This document shows, in pieces, positions 43,963 to 54,477 of a stretch of 64,000 nucleotides of DNA. Both the position numbers and the translations under genes were made by a program. Position 1 is the first letter of the stretch. Every line of letters begins with the position of its first letter. The notes beneath the pieces are model-generated. The model searched no databases. It had not been told where the DNA came from and saw only the letters and a list, made by a program, of their open reading frames with translations. Source of the stretch: an uncultured delta proteobacterium (GTDB lineage: Bacteria; Myxococcota_A; UBA9160; SZUA-336); contig CAVPHD010000007.1 in assembly GCA_963704165.1 (NCBI GenBank), positions 1 through 64,000 of the forward strand, read 5' to 3'.

Positions 43963-45939
43963 GAAGCGCGCTCCTGTGCCGATTTCGCGCGCTTGCCCAT
44001 CGGCCAGAGCAGGAGCGTGTTCCCGAATACGAAGACGAAGCCGCCGATCCAGATCCAGTTCACGAGCGGATTGATGTAGACCTTCAGCGCGGCGCTCTGG
44101 TCCGGCTCGAGTCCGGCGAGGATCACGTAGAAGTCCTCGATCGGGCCCGACAACACCGCCGGAATCGTGGTCGGCTGCTCCTGCTGAAAATACATGCGCT
44201 TCTCGGGAAGGAGCATTCCCACGGGCTCGGAGTCCCGGTACAGCGCGAGCCGTGCGACCGCGCCGGCGTAGTGGGGGTGCTCGACCGGTCGCACCTGCCG
44301 GTACTGCACGGTGTAACGCCCCAGCGTCCAGCTCTCGCCGGGCCGGAGCAGCTTCGTCTCTTCGAGATTGAACGTCGCGCCGGCGAATCCGACGAACATC
44401 AGGATCACCGCGAGGTGCACGACGTATCCGCCGTAGCGCCGTTGGTTCCGCCGCAGGAGCTCGCCGAACGCGACGAGCGGATTCTCACCGCGTCTCATGC
44501 GTGAACGGATTCCGCGCGCGTACTCCTCGCCGATCGTCGCCGTGACGAAGGCGCACAACGAGAGGAACGCGATCGGGTAGAAACGCCGCATGCCGAACGC
44601 GACGAGCAGCGCCGCTGCGACCAGCGACAGGCCGGCGGGCCAGAGGAAGCTCTTGCGCAGGTTGACCCAGGTCGCGCGCCGCCACGCGACGAGCGGGCCG
44701 ATCCCCGTCAGGAAGAGGAGAAAGATCGAAACCGGTCCCGCGTAGCGCTGGAAGAACGGCGGCCCGATCTGGACCTTCACGCCGGTGATCGCCTCCGAGA
44801 AGACCGGAAAGAGCGTGCCGTAGAACACGATCACGAGCAGCGCGATAAAGACGTAGTTGTTGAGCAGGAACGACGCTTCGCGCGAGACGATCGAGTCGAG
44901 ACGCGTCTGGCTTCGGAGCTCGGGCACGCGGCGGATCAGCAGCGCGGCGTAGCCGACGGCCAGCACGAGTACGTAGCCGAGAAAGAGCTGCCCGAACCAG
45001 CCCGCATTCGCGAAGCTGTGCACCGACTGGACGACTCCGCTTCGCGTCAGGAACGTGCCGAAGACGCAGAGCGTGTAGGCCAGTCCGATCAGCGCGAAGT
45101 TCCAGACCTTCAGCATGCCGCGCTTTTCCTGGATCATGACCGAGTGGAGAAACGCGGTGCCCGCGAGCCAGGGCATGAGCGAGGAGTTCTCGACCGGATC
45201 CCAGGCCCAGTAGCCGCCCCAGCCGAGCACTTCGTAGGCCCAGCGCCCGCCCGATCATCAGGCCGATGCCGAGGAAGAACCACGCCGTGAGCGACCAGCG
45301 CCGCGTGGACTCGAACCAGGCCGTACCGAGCTCACCGGTGATCAACGCGGCCGAAGCGAACGCGAACGGCACCGAGAACCCGATGAAGCCCACGTAGAGA
45401 ATCGGCGGGTGAATCAGCATCGCCGGATGCTGCAGCAGCGGGTTCATGCCCTGACCGCTCGACCAGGCCGAGCCCGGCGGCTGCGCGTCGAACGGGTTCG
45501 AGACGAACGTCACGAGCGCTGCGAAGAAGACGACGTTCAGCATCATCACCGCGACGACCCACGGCACCAGCACGCGATTCCGGCGCCGGTTCTGCACGAC
45601 GACCAGGAACGCCATCACGGCGAGCATCCACGTCCACAGGAGCAGAGAGCCGGCCTGCCCGCCCCAGAGGGCGACCTTGAAGATCCACGGCTGCTCCCGC
45701 GTCGAGATCTGCGCGACGAACGCCAGGTCGAATCGGTCGCCGAGAAGCGCGGCCTCGAGTCCGAGCATCGACAGCGTGAGCAGAACGAAGACCGCGATCA
45801 CGCCGCGCTCGGCGCTCCGGGTCTGTTGCGGGTTGCGGCGCAGTCCGCCGAGCACGCCGAGCACGCCCGCGTAGAGCGCGAAGAAGACGGACAGGTAGAG
45901 GGCAAGACCTCCGAACGCGACGAGCAGACTGACGATCAA
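43959..45939 (-). CDS. ccmF: Cytochrome c heme lyase CcmF (one frameshift near 45248)
   Basis: LWGGQAGSLLLW, GMNPLLQHPAMLIHPP, WAYEVLGWGGYWAWDPVENSSLMPWL, GTFLTRSGVVQSVHSF, NPLVNWIWIGG. Confidence 0.93.
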
Positions 45940-45973
45940 GCGGACTCCGGACAGCGCCGTTGGGCGCCCTTGC

Positions 45974-46393
45974 CTAGGTGCTTTGGCCGGGCGGCTTCGT
46001 TTCGTACTTCGAAGGGCACTTCGCCATCACGCGTTCGGCCAGAAAGGTGCCGGAATCGTAGCGCCCTTCGACGACGACCTCGGCCCCGTCCTTGAACAGA
46101 TCCGGCACGTCGATGCCCAGGTAGCGGACCGAGAGCACGTTCTGGCCCGCCGAATCGGCGACCTCGAAGTCCACGTGCCCCGCGGGAAGGTTCTTCGCGA
46201 TCGAGCCCGAAACGACGAATCCGTGCACGTGGGCGGGCTGGTTGGTGGTTTCCGCGCTCGGAGCGTTGGTGAACGACCCGACGTCCGAGTAGTACCGAAA
46301 CGTGCCCTCTCCCGAGGAGACGAGCGTCAACACCAGCGCGAGCCCCGCACAGACCGAGAACGCTGCGAGCGTGATCTGCACGCCTTTGGTCAT
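45974..46393 (-). CDS. ccmE: Heme chaperone CcmE, cysteine (CxxxY) variant
   Basis: N-terminal TM helix, VPDLFKDGAEVVVEG, VMAKCPSKY. Confidence 0.92.
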   Translation of the reverse strand: MTKGVQITLAAFSVCAGLALVLTLVSSGEGTFRYYSDVGSFTNAPSAETTNQPAHVHGFVVSGSIAKNLPAGHVDFEVADSAGQNVLSVRYLGIDVPDLFKDGAEVVVEGRYDSGTFLAERVMAKCPSKYETKPPGQST

Positions 46394-46483
46394 TTGAACC
46401 CCCGTGCAGCCCCGTGCGGGAATCGGCAGCGAGGCTAACTTCGGCCCCAAGCAGCGTCAATTGCGGCGCACGAGGAACGCAGC

Positions 46484-47092
46484 TTGGACGCAGACCTCGC
46501 GATCGATGCCGCCGACCGGAGCCTGTTCCCGACCGCGGGCCTGCCCGAGGTCGCCATCATCGGGCGCTCGAACGTCGGCAAATCGACGCTGATCAACAAG
46601 CTGGTCGGGCGCAAGGGACTCGCGCGCACGAGCGGTTCGCCCGGACGAACGCGGCGCGTCCACTTCTACCTCGTCGAGAAGCGCATGTACCTGGTCGATC
46701 TGCCGGGATACGGTTACGCGGCGATCAGCAAGCAGGAGCGCCGTGCGTTCGCGCCGCTCGTCGATTCCTACCTCGAGGACGGGCGAGCGTCCCTGCGGGG
46801 CGCGCTGGTCCTGGTCGACGTGCGCCGCGGCGCGCAGGACGAGGAGCGGGAGCTCGTCGCATGGCTGCGCGAGGTCGGGATCGACGCGCGCGCGGTACTG
46901 ACCAAGTGCGACAAGCTCGGGCGCAGCGAGCTCGAGCGCGCGCGCCGGGAGCTCGCGACGTCGGTCTCGCTTCCGCTCGAGCACGTCGCCGCGGTCTCGG
47001 GCAAGACCGGCGCCGGGCTCGGCGCTCTCGCGGCCTGGCTGCTCGCGTGGAGCGGACTCGAGTTCCGCCGCCCCGACGGCCTGCCACTCTGA
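46484..47092 (+). CDS. engB: Ribosome biogenesis GTPase EngB/YihA
   Basis: GRSNVGKSTLIN, ARTSGSPGRT, DLPGYGYA, TKCDK; start position uncertain. Confidence 0.93.
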   Translation: MDADLAIDAADRSLFPTAGLPEVAIIGRSNVGKSTLINKLVGRKGLARTSGSPGRTRRVHFYLVEKRMYLVDLPGYGYAAISKQERRAFAPLVDSYLEDGRASLRGALVLVDVRRGAQDEERELVAWLREVGIDARAVLTKCDKLGRSELERARRELATSVSLPLEHVAAVSGKTGAGLGALAAWLLAWSGLEFRRPDGLPL

Positions 47093-47126
47093 GCGCGTAG
47101 AGTCGAGGCGAGCGCGCTGCGGACCT

Positions 47127-48731
47127 TCACGACGAAGACGCGGACGAAGCGGCTCTCGTGTCGATTCCACTGCGGGGCGGACGCCGCGGACGCGCGAGCA
47201 ACCCGAGAGCGCCGACGAGCGACACCGGTCCGAGCCAGTCGCCGAGCGAGAGCGCGATCGAGTCGCGTCGGCCGGGCGGGACCGACGCGAGCAGCGCGCC
47301 GCGCGCGCCGACCTGCATCGAGGCCGTGATCTCTCCACTCGCGTCGATCGAGGCCGAGATCCCCGTCGGCGTCGCGCGGATCTGGGGCGTCCGGGTCTCG
47401 ATGCTTCGAAACGCCGAGACGATCAGGTGCAGGTGGGGACCCTCGCCGCCGTCGAACCACGAGTCGTTCGAGAGGGTGAGCAAGAGCTCAGCGCCCTCTC
47501 GAACGGCCGCGCGCGCGTGCGCAGGCGCGAGCGCGTCGTAGCAGATCATCGGCGCGACGCGCAGCGTGCGGCCGTCGCCGAGTCGAAGCGGCACGACCTC
47601 GGCACCGGGGCCTGCGTGCCACGATCCGAGCCAGGGCAGGGCGTCGCGAAGCCACGGGGAATCCATCCAGCCGGGCACGCGCTCCGTCAGCGGAAAGAGC
47701 TTTGTCTTGCGGTAGGTCGCGAACGACGCGCGGTCATCGGTCTGCGCGTCGAGGAAGATCGCGGCGTTGAACTCGGCTCCCGCCTCCCGATCGTAGGCGC
47801 CGAAGACGAGCGGTAGACCGGTCGACCGCGCGAACGCCGCGATCGCGCGGTCGGCGACCGCGCCGGCCTCGCTCTTGGGCGAGCCGAACGTGGTCGGGTA
47901 GATCGTCTCGGGCCAGACGATCAGATCGACCTCGGCGCGTGAGATCGCGTCGGCCGAGAGCGCGAAGTGCGTGTCGAGGATCGCTCGTACCGCTTCGAAA
48001 CTTCCGAGCGCGTCGCGAAGTTTCTCGTAGCCGCGCAGATTCGCCTGGATCACGGCCGCGCGGACGAGCGGATCCCGTGCGTTCGAGTCCACGAAGTCCG
48101 ATGTGCGCCACGCGCCGTAGACCGATAGGAAGGCGACGATCGCGACGAAGGCGAGCGCGCCGCGGAAGCGCGCGCGAAGCGCAGAAAGCGCCGCTTCGTT
48201 CGCGAGCAGGAGCGCGAGCGTGAGCCCCGCGGGACCCGCGAGGTCCGCGCCCTGGCGCAGCCAGGCGGAGGCGTGCAGGCCGTGACCGAGCGTGTCGCCG
48301 AGCAGCTTCGGCGCGAGCCACTCCGTGAACACCCACGCGAAGGAGGCGGCGAGCGCGGCACGCGACTCGCCAACACGCGCGCGCGCGGAGAACCGCACGA
48401 CCGAGAACACGACGAGCTGGGGTTGGAGAAGTGGTGCCAGCAGCACGAGCAGGCCGAGGGTCGCTGCGCGCGACATCCCGGTGTACGCGGCGAGCGCGTC
48501 GGCGAACCAGGCGAAGACCGCGAGGGCGAAGCCGACCGAGAGCGCGACCGCCGCGCCGACGGCGCCACGCAACGAGCGCGTGCGGTCGAGCAGCGCGAGA
48601 AACGGCACGAGCGCGACGAAGCCGAGCAGAGGCGTCGGCCAGGCCACGCGCGAGTAGACGGCCAACGAGAGGGCGCTCGCTCCGACCGCGCCGAGAGCGA
48701 GCCCGATCGTGCGCGCGGGGACTCGACTCAG
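47127..48731 (-). CDS. lnt: Apolipoprotein N-acyltransferase-like protein
   Basis: TM-rich N-terminus; nitrilase triad WPET / YRKTKLFPLTE / ICYD; SNDSWF, FRSIETR, TGISA. Probable CTG start overlapping the upstream TGA. Confidence 0.85.
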   Translation of the reverse strand: MSRVPARTIGLALGAVGASALSLAVYSRVAWPTPLLGFVALVPFLALLDRTRSLRGAVGAAVALSVGFALAVFAWFADALAAYTGMSRAATLGLLVLLAPLLQPQLVVFSVVRFSARARVGESRAALAASFAWVFTEWLAPKLLGDTLGHGLHASAWLRQGADLAGPAGLTLALLLANEAALSALRARFRGALAFVAIVAFLSVYGAWRTSDFVDSNARDPLVRAAVIQANLRGYEKLRDALGSFEAVRAILDTHFALSADAISRAEVDLIVWPETIYPTTFGSPKSEAGAVADRAIAAFARSTGLPLVFGAYDREAGAEFNAAIFLDAQTDDRASFATYRKTKLFPLTERVPGWMDSPWLRDALPWLGSWHAGPGAEVVPLRLGDGRTLRVAPMICYDALAPAHARAAVREGAELLLTLSNDSWFDGGEGPHLHLIVSAFRSIETRTPQIRATPTGISASIDASGEITASMQVGARGALLASVPPGRRDSIALSLGDWLGPVSLVGALGLLARPRRPPRSGIDTRAASSASSS

Positions 48732-49396
48732 AAGGATGGACCCGAGTCACCCTCACCGGTCTCTGGTGCGAGCCACTCGATCGGCATGTCCTCGGGGGCG
48801 TACTCCGGCGGCACGACGCGGTCGGCGGGGATCTCGATCCGCGCGCCGTTCTCGTCGACCCAGTCGAAATCGGGATGGAACATCAGGATCGCCGGAAGGG
48901 GCAGTCCTTCGTCCGTCACCTGATGGTGTCGCACGTAGCCCTCGGGCAGGGGGAAGTCCTCGGGCACGACGAGCCCGCGCAGGATCGGATCCGTGCCGGG
49001 CGGGGGGAAGAGCGCCATGCCGCTCTTCGGGCTCCCGGGAGGGGAGAGAGTGTAGGTGGGCTCGTTTGCGAGCTTGCGCTCGAGTTCCCTTTCCCCGGAC
49101 TCGTCCGCGGGATCGGGCGCGGTCGCCGGCGCGGGTGTGATTCGCACGGGATGACCGACCGGCTTTCCGGTGACGCGCGATCCGGGCGCGGCGCTCGGTT
49201 CGGCGGCGGTCTTGCCGGTTTCGGGAACGGGCGGCTCCGGGTCCGCGGCGTCGGGCTCCGCGCGCCACAAGAGGACGATCAATCCGACGACCGCACAGAG
49301 TCCGAGACCGAGTCTGGCCAGCTTGCGCGGCGCTCGCGTGTCGATGACCCTGATCCCGTCATCGCCGTTCCGGGAGTGTTCGGTCGTCCTACGCAT
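48728..49396 (-). CDS. Proline-rich membrane-anchored hypothetical protein
   Basis: TM helix LGLGLCAVVGLIVLLW; C-terminal FPPPGTDPILRGLVVPEDFPLPEGYVRHHQVTDEG...ILMFHPD; start position uncertain. Confidence 0.7.
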   Translation of the reverse strand: MRRTTEHSRNGDDGIRVIDTRAPRKLARLGLGLCAVVGLIVLLWRAEPDAADPEPPVPETGKTAAEPSAAPGSRVTGKPVGHPVRITPAPATAPDPADESGERELERKLANEPTYTLSPPGSPKSGMALFPPPGTDPILRGLVVPEDFPLPEGYVRHHQVTDEGLPLPAILMFHPDFDWVDENGARIEIPADRVVPPEYAPEDMPIEWLAPETGEGDSGPSF

Positions 49397-50270
49397 GAGT
49401 TCGCGCGCATCATATGACGGCCGAGGCGCATCGGCCAAGCCGCGCGCGCTCCCGCGCGTCGCGCGTTTCTCGGTGGCGGCGCTCGACCTCGCCGCCTGGA
49501 TCGGTCTCGCGTGGCTCGCCGTGGCCGTGCTGCTCGCCGACGATCCGCCCGTCACGCCGCCGATGCTGCTGCGCGCCTTCGTGCTCTTCGTCGCGCTCCC
49601 CGCCGGTGTCGCAGTCCTGATCGCGCGCGAGTTCGCCGCCGAGGTGCGACTGCACGGTCCGGACCTGATCATCGCGGGCCGCCGCCGCCGTCTCGAGGTC
49701 CCGCTCGCTTCGATCGAGCGGGTTCGCGCCTGGCGCCTTCCACTGCCGCTGCCGGGCTTCTCCATCGAGCTGCGTTCGGGGCGGTGGCTCGGTTGGGCGA
49801 TCGGTTCCCGCGACCCGATGCCGATCCTGCGCGAGCTCGAGCGCGCCGGCGTGCCCGGTGCCGCCGAGGCGTGCTCGGGATGTCTCGCGCGCTGGACCGC
49901 GTCGCGCGCCGCCTTCGCGCAGCCGGGTCCGACGCGCCTTTTCCTGAAGTTCCCCGGCTTCGCGCTGCTGCCGACGGCGCTGCTCTTCAACGTGCACCAG
50001 CAGATCGCGTACGGCGGCTTCCGGGGCGAGTACTACCTGCTCGGCCTGCAGTCGTACCTCGCGACGTTCGCGACCTACTGGGCTGCGACGACGGTGTACC
50101 TGCTGATCTTCGCCGCCTTCCTCCGCGCGTTTGCCGAGGTCAGCTGTCTCGGAGTGACGTGCGCCGCGCCCTCTCGGGCCGAGAGGGCGCGGCGCCGTGC
50201 GGAGCTCGCCTGCAGGGTCGGCTACTACGCCGGGGTACCGCTGGTCCTGCTGCTCCGCTTTCTTCCCTGA
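49395..50270 (+). CDS. Multi-pass membrane hypothetical protein
   Basis: About 5 hydrophobic helices; LKFPGFALLPTALLFNVHQQIAYGGFRGEYY; start position uncertain. Confidence 0.65.
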   Translation: MSSRASYDGRGASAKPRALPRVARFSVAALDLAAWIGLAWLAVAVLLADDPPVTPPMLLRAFVLFVALPAGVAVLIAREFAAEVRLHGPDLIIAGRRRRLEVPLASIERVRAWRLPLPLPGFSIELRSGRWLGWAIGSRDPMPILRELERAGVPGAAEACSGCLARWTASRAAFAQPGPTRLFLKFPGFALLPTALLFNVHQQIAYGGFRGEYYLLGLQSYLATFATYWAATTVYLLIFAAFLRAFAEVSCLGVTCAAPSRAERARRRAELACRVGYYAGVPLVLLLRFLP

Positions 50271-50274
50271 CTCT

Positions 50275-51359
50275 CTACGGTGTCGCTGGGTTGAAGACCG
50301 AGAGCGCCCAGCCCATGCGCTCGTGACCGAGCCGGTTCCAGACCGGGTTCTGGCCGTTGACGATCTGGGCGTCCGTGTAGTCGGGCGCGCCCGAGCCCGA
50401 CCCGCTCCCGCCGATCAACCCGAGGTACTGCGTCGAGCCCGTGTAGGTCGGATGCGTGTTGTCGGACTGGATGTAGTCGTAGCTCGTGCCCGCGCTCGTG
50501 AACTTCGCGTTCGCGTCGCGCAGCGTCGCCCGGTACGTGGTCGTGATCTTCGTGACGTAGGCGCTCTCGGACTCGCCCTGCACGTAGGCGATCGCCGCCG
50601 AGTCGACCAGGCCGTCGCCGTTCGAGTCGTAGTCCGCCGCCATGTACTGCGCGAAGCTGTCCGCGCACGCGAAGCCGTAGGTGTTCGCGAAGTTGCACGC
50701 GCGCCAGTTCATGCGCGCGAGGTACGGCAGGAACACGTTCTGCTTGTTCGGGCGCTGGCCCGTGCTCGAATCCGTGCACTTCGCGAGCCCGTTGTCGGCG
50801 TCGTAGCCGGGGTAGTACAGGTTCGCGACGACTTGAGCTTCACGTTCGCGTGCGCGTTGGCGTTGATGTACTGCATCGCGAGCTGCGTGTAGGTCGTGCA
50901 GTTGTTCAGCGCCGTCTTCAGCGGACCGTAGTTGCACGTGCCGCTCTGGCCGGCGAAGCTCGAGCGCGCCTGCAGGCCGTCGTTGCCGCACATCTCGAAG
51001 GTGACGACGCGCGTGGTCGAGGTCTGCATGTACGAGCGTTCTTTGACGATCTTGTTGTTGTAGATGTCCGACGCCACCGCGCCGGACTTCGCACGCCGCA
51101 CCACCTCGATGTCGGCGTTCCAGAGCTTGGAGAGGTACTCGCCGTCGACGACGGGTGCCGCGCGTCTCGCGACGCGAGAGAGCGAGCCGTAGTAGCCGGC
51201 GTAGATCGAATCGCCGTACGCGACGACGCGGTACTTCGTCGTCGTGCCGGCGCGATCGATCGTCCACGACAGGTTCTGCGTGAGCGTGTTCGCGAGCGGT
51301 TGTGAGCCGAACCCCAGAGCCCCGATCAGCACGAAAGACGCAAGGATCCTGATACGCAA
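50275..51359 (-). CDS. Secreted SGNH/GDSL hydrolase (one frameshift near 50833)
   Basis: GGAGGGAG SD with TTG start; signal peptide; VAYGDSI, MCGND, SDNTHP. Confidence 0.8.
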
Positions 51360-51465
51360 GGAATCTCCCTCCACGAATCGTTTCCGGATCGCAGCCACCG
51401 CACTCCCCCGCGCGGTGTCCGCGGAATTGTGTCACGGGATCCGGCGTCGGAAAGGGGAAATTTCG

Positions 51466-52185
51466 CTACCGGAACAGATCTCGTGCCGGATCTCGAAGCA
51501 GGTCGCGGAGCGTTCCCCGGCCCTCGATCGGAATACCCTCGACCCAGACGGCCGGATGGCCCTCGTCCTTCCCCATCAAGAGGCCGGCCGCGGCGGCGAT
51601 CTGGTCGGCGCGCGCCATCACGGTGACCTGGAGCTCGCGACCGGCGCGGTCGGTCTGGCCGATGTAGTCGCGAAGCGGCGCGAGCCCGGCGATGCCGATC
51701 GCCACGTCCACCAGACCCTCACGCCAGGGACGCCCGAAGGTATCGCTGATGATCACGGCGCGATCTGCGCCGAGCGCCTTGCGAATTCGCTCCGCGCTGG
51801 CATCGGGGTCGAGCGGGAGCAGGACGGCGAGGTCCTCGCCCGGCGAGTTCGAGAGGTCGACGCCGGAGTTCGCGCAGATCAGGCCGTGCCGGGTCTCGGT
51901 GATCAGCACGCCCGGAGCGGTTCGCACGACGCGTCTGGCTTCGCGCAGCACGAGCTCCGTGTGCTGCGGTTCCTTGCCGAGCTCGCGCGCGAGCTCGAGC
52001 GCACGGGGGGACGGCGTGATCTCGGACAGGCGCACGATCTGCCCCTCGGCCTTGGAAACGATTTTCTGGGCGACGACCAGGATGCCCGGTCCGGGCGGGA
52101 CGAGCGCCGCGAGGCGAGCGGGCAGGTCGTCGCCGATCGGGATCTCGGGCAGGCCCTCGAGCGCTCGCATTCGAATCGAGTTCAT
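51466..52185 (-). CDS. cofE: Coenzyme F420-0:L-glutamate ligase (single-domain form)
   Basis: GLPEIPIGDDL, QKIVSKAEG, ICANSGVDLSN, LLPLDPDASA, SDTFGRPWREG, ADQIAAAA. Confidence 0.93.
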   Translation of the reverse strand: MNSIRMRALEGLPEIPIGDDLPARLAALVPPGPGILVVAQKIVSKAEGQIVRLSEITPSPRALELARELGKEPQHTELVLREARRVVRTAPGVLITETRHGLICANSGVDLSNSPGEDLAVLLPLDPDASAERIRKALGADRAVIISDTFGRPWREGLVDVAIGIAGLAPLRDYIGQTDRAGRELQVTVMARADQIAAAAGLLMGKDEGHPAVWVEGIPIEGRGTLRDLLRDPARDLFR

Positions 52186-52820
52186 CGCAGGAGCTCCCGA
52201 AGTACCCCGGCGGTGCGGCAGGTCGCGGCGGAAGAAGCCAGGCGCTCGGCGTCCTCGGGCGTGTCGAGATCGGTCCGCAGGCTCTCGGGGATCGAGCCGA
52301 GCACGATCGGCCCGAGCCCGCGTTCGCGCGCCGCCGCCTCGTGCGCGGCGCAGCTTTCCGGGCCGAAGCGCGCGGGGATCACGAGGGGTGGCCGACGATA
52401 CAGAAGCGCCGTTCCACCATCCGCCGCGGGCACGATCACCACCGGAGCGCGTTCGCCCGCAGCGATCACCCCGTCCACGTCGCTTCCGCGCAGCAGCGGC
52501 AGGTCACCGAGCGAGACGAGCAGCGCGTCGTAGCCGGCGGCCTCGCACTCGGCCGCGGCCGCGTCGATCGCCTCGTTCAGTCCGGGATCGGGCACGCGCA
52601 GGAGGACCGACGCGCCGCCCGCGCGCGCGGCGTCCGCGACCGAAGCGTCGTCGGTCAGAACGAAGACGCGCTCGACGCGCTTCGACTCCGCGAGCGCGGC
52701 GAGCACGTCCGAGACGAGCGCACGCAGGATGCGCTCGACGGCCGCGTCGTCGAATCGGGCTCGCAGCCGGCGCTTCGCGCGGGAGAAGTCCTTCACGGGC
52801 ACGGCCGCCGCCACCCTCAC
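52182..52820 (-). CDS. cofC: Phospholactate/PEP guanylyltransferase
   Basis: VPVKDFSRAKRRL, GLNEA, GDLPLL, DGGT, RFGPES, DLDTPED. Confidence 0.9.
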   Translation of the reverse strand: MRVAAAVPVKDFSRAKRRLRARFDDAAVERILRALVSDVLAALAESKRVERVFVLTDDASVADAARAGGASVLLRVPDPGLNEAIDAAAAECEAAGYDALLVSLGDLPLLRGSDVDGVIAAGERAPVVIVPAADGGTALLYRRPPLVIPARFGPESCAAHEAAARERGLGPIVLGSIPESLRTDLDTPEDAERLASSAATCRTAGVLRELLR

Positions 52821-53758
52821 GCGCGCGCCCCCGCGAGCGCGAGGGCGACTCGCGCGAGGTTCGCTGCGATCTCCGGGGTCTTCATCAGCGACTCCTCGAC
52901 GCGCACCTCGAGCCCGAGCCGCTCGATCGCCGCGCGCTCTTTCTCGTCGCGAACGTCGATCACCATGCCGCGGCAGAACGACCGGTACAGACCGGCGACG
53001 CCCGCGGACGAGACCTCGGCGCCGACCGCGCGCAGCATCCGATCGGCGGGCCCCTTCACCGGCGCACCGCCGATCAGCGGCGAGATCGACACCGCATCGT
53101 GTCGCTTCTCGAGCAACGCGCGGACGCCCGGCACCGCGAGGATCGTGCCGATCGACACGACCGGATTCGACGGGCAGACGATCACGGTCTCGGCGCCCGC
53201 GAGAGCCGCGAGCACGCCCGGGCCGGGCACGGCGGCGGCCGCGGCCGAGAGATCGACCGACACGACGTCGTCGGGCGCGCGGTCCCGGACCATGTACTCC
53301 TCGAAGTCGCAGCGCGTGCCGTCCGTGCGGACGACACGCGTCGGGGCGTCGCTCTCGGTCATCGGCAAGAGCTCCGCGCGCACGCCGAAGGCCGTCGCGA
53401 TCTCGCGCGCGACTTCGGACAGCGTGGCGCCGCTGCGCAGGCGCTCGCTCCGGTGGATGTGCGTGGCCAGGTCGCGGTCGCCGAGCTTGAACCAGACGTC
53501 GTCGCGCAGTCTGCGCAGCGAGTCGAGACACGCGCTGGTGTCGTTCCGGAAGCCCCAGCCGGTCTCGGGATCGACCACGCCGGCCAGCGTGTAGGTGACG
53601 ATGTCGAGATCCGGGCAGACCCGCAGACCGAAGAAGTCGCGGTCGTCGCCGGTGTTGACGATCACGGTGAGATCCTCGGGCGGAAGCACGTGGACGAGTC
53701 CCGAGAGAAAGCGGGCGGCACCGACTCCCCCCGCGAGCGCGACGACCCGACGACTCAT
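52817..53758 (-). CDS. cofD: 2-phospho-L-lactate transferase
   Basis: LAGGVGAARFL, VNTGDD, CPDLD, WFKLGDRDLATH, PSNPVVSIG, ISPLIGGAPVKGPA. Confidence 0.95.
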   Translation of the reverse strand: MSRRVVALAGGVGAARFLSGLVHVLPPEDLTVIVNTGDDRDFFGLRVCPDLDIVTYTLAGVVDPETGWGFRNDTSACLDSLRRLRDDVWFKLGDRDLATHIHRSERLRSGATLSEVAREIATAFGVRAELLPMTESDAPTRVVRTDGTRCDFEEYMVRDRAPDDVVSVDLSAAAAAVPGPGVLAALAGAETVIVCPSNPVVSIGTILAVPGVRALLEKRHDAVSISPLIGGAPVKGPADRMLRAVGAEVSSAGVAGLYRSFCRGMVIDVRDEKERAAIERLGLEVRVEESLMKTPEIAANLARVALALAGARA

Positions 53759-53765
53759 GCGTGTC

Positions 53766-54314
53766 CTACGGCACGGTCTCGGCGCGAAGCGCCTCGAGCT
53801 CGGCCTGCAGGCGCGGGAGCCGCTCGGCGATCTCGCGCACGCCGGGGTCCGAAGCGAGCTCCGCGCTGTCCCAGCGCCGGACCGAGATCATCTGACGCAG
53901 GCTCTCGCGGTCCGTCGCGATCTGGGCCTCGAGCTCCGCGACCTCGGTGGCGCGAGGGTCGTCGGAAGGAATCGATCGAAGCGCCGGCGGTCCGGGAAGG
54001 ATCGGCGGCGGCGACGGCTCGGTCGGGGTCGTCCGGGCCGCGGGTGCGAGCGCGGGGGATGCGATGGTCGGTTCGCTCGGCTGCGGTGCGGTGGTTCCCT
54101 GCGTCGCCGGCCTCGCGCGCCGAGTCGGTCTCCGGGTCGGAGCCGCGATGATCTCGTTCGCGCTCTCGCGATGGCGCCGCGGAATCGTGTCCCGGTCCGT
54201 CGTGTAGTGCGTCACGCCGAGCTCATCGACCCAGCGGTACACCTCCGCGCTGCCGATTGCGGGTGCGAGGCCAAGGGCCAGCACGAGAAGCAGTCGGAGG
54301 GCGTGGCGGAGCAC
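53766..54314 (-). CDS. DUF4124-type exported protein with Pro-rich linker and coiled coil
   Basis: Signal peptide followed by AEVYRWVDELGVTHYT. Confidence 0.8.
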   Translation of the reverse strand: MLRHALRLLLVLALGLAPAIGSAEVYRWVDELGVTHYTTDRDTIPRRHRESANEIIAAPTRRPTRRARPATQGTTAPQPSEPTIASPALAPAARTTPTEPSPPPILPGPPALRSIPSDDPRATEVAELEAQIATDRESLRQMISVRRWDSAELASDPGVREIAERLPRLQAELEALRAETVP

Positions 54315-54477
54315 GCGCGGATTCTACGGCTCGCCCCGGAGGCGATCAACCGACGGCGCGCGCGTGGAGAGGGCGCCACGAGCATCCAGGAAAGCGTTCA
54401 CATCACGTTGCAGCGTCGCGCGCAGACTGCGTTTTCCCTTCGCGATCGACGGCACGCGCCTTGCTCAACCGGCGGCC

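Noticed and set aside
47152..49345. 13/14-nt repeat GCTC(T/G)CGTGTCGAT near both ends of the lnt segment as recombination sites
   Set aside because: Direct rather than inverted orientation, short, inside coding sequence, and no recombinase nearby; probably chance.
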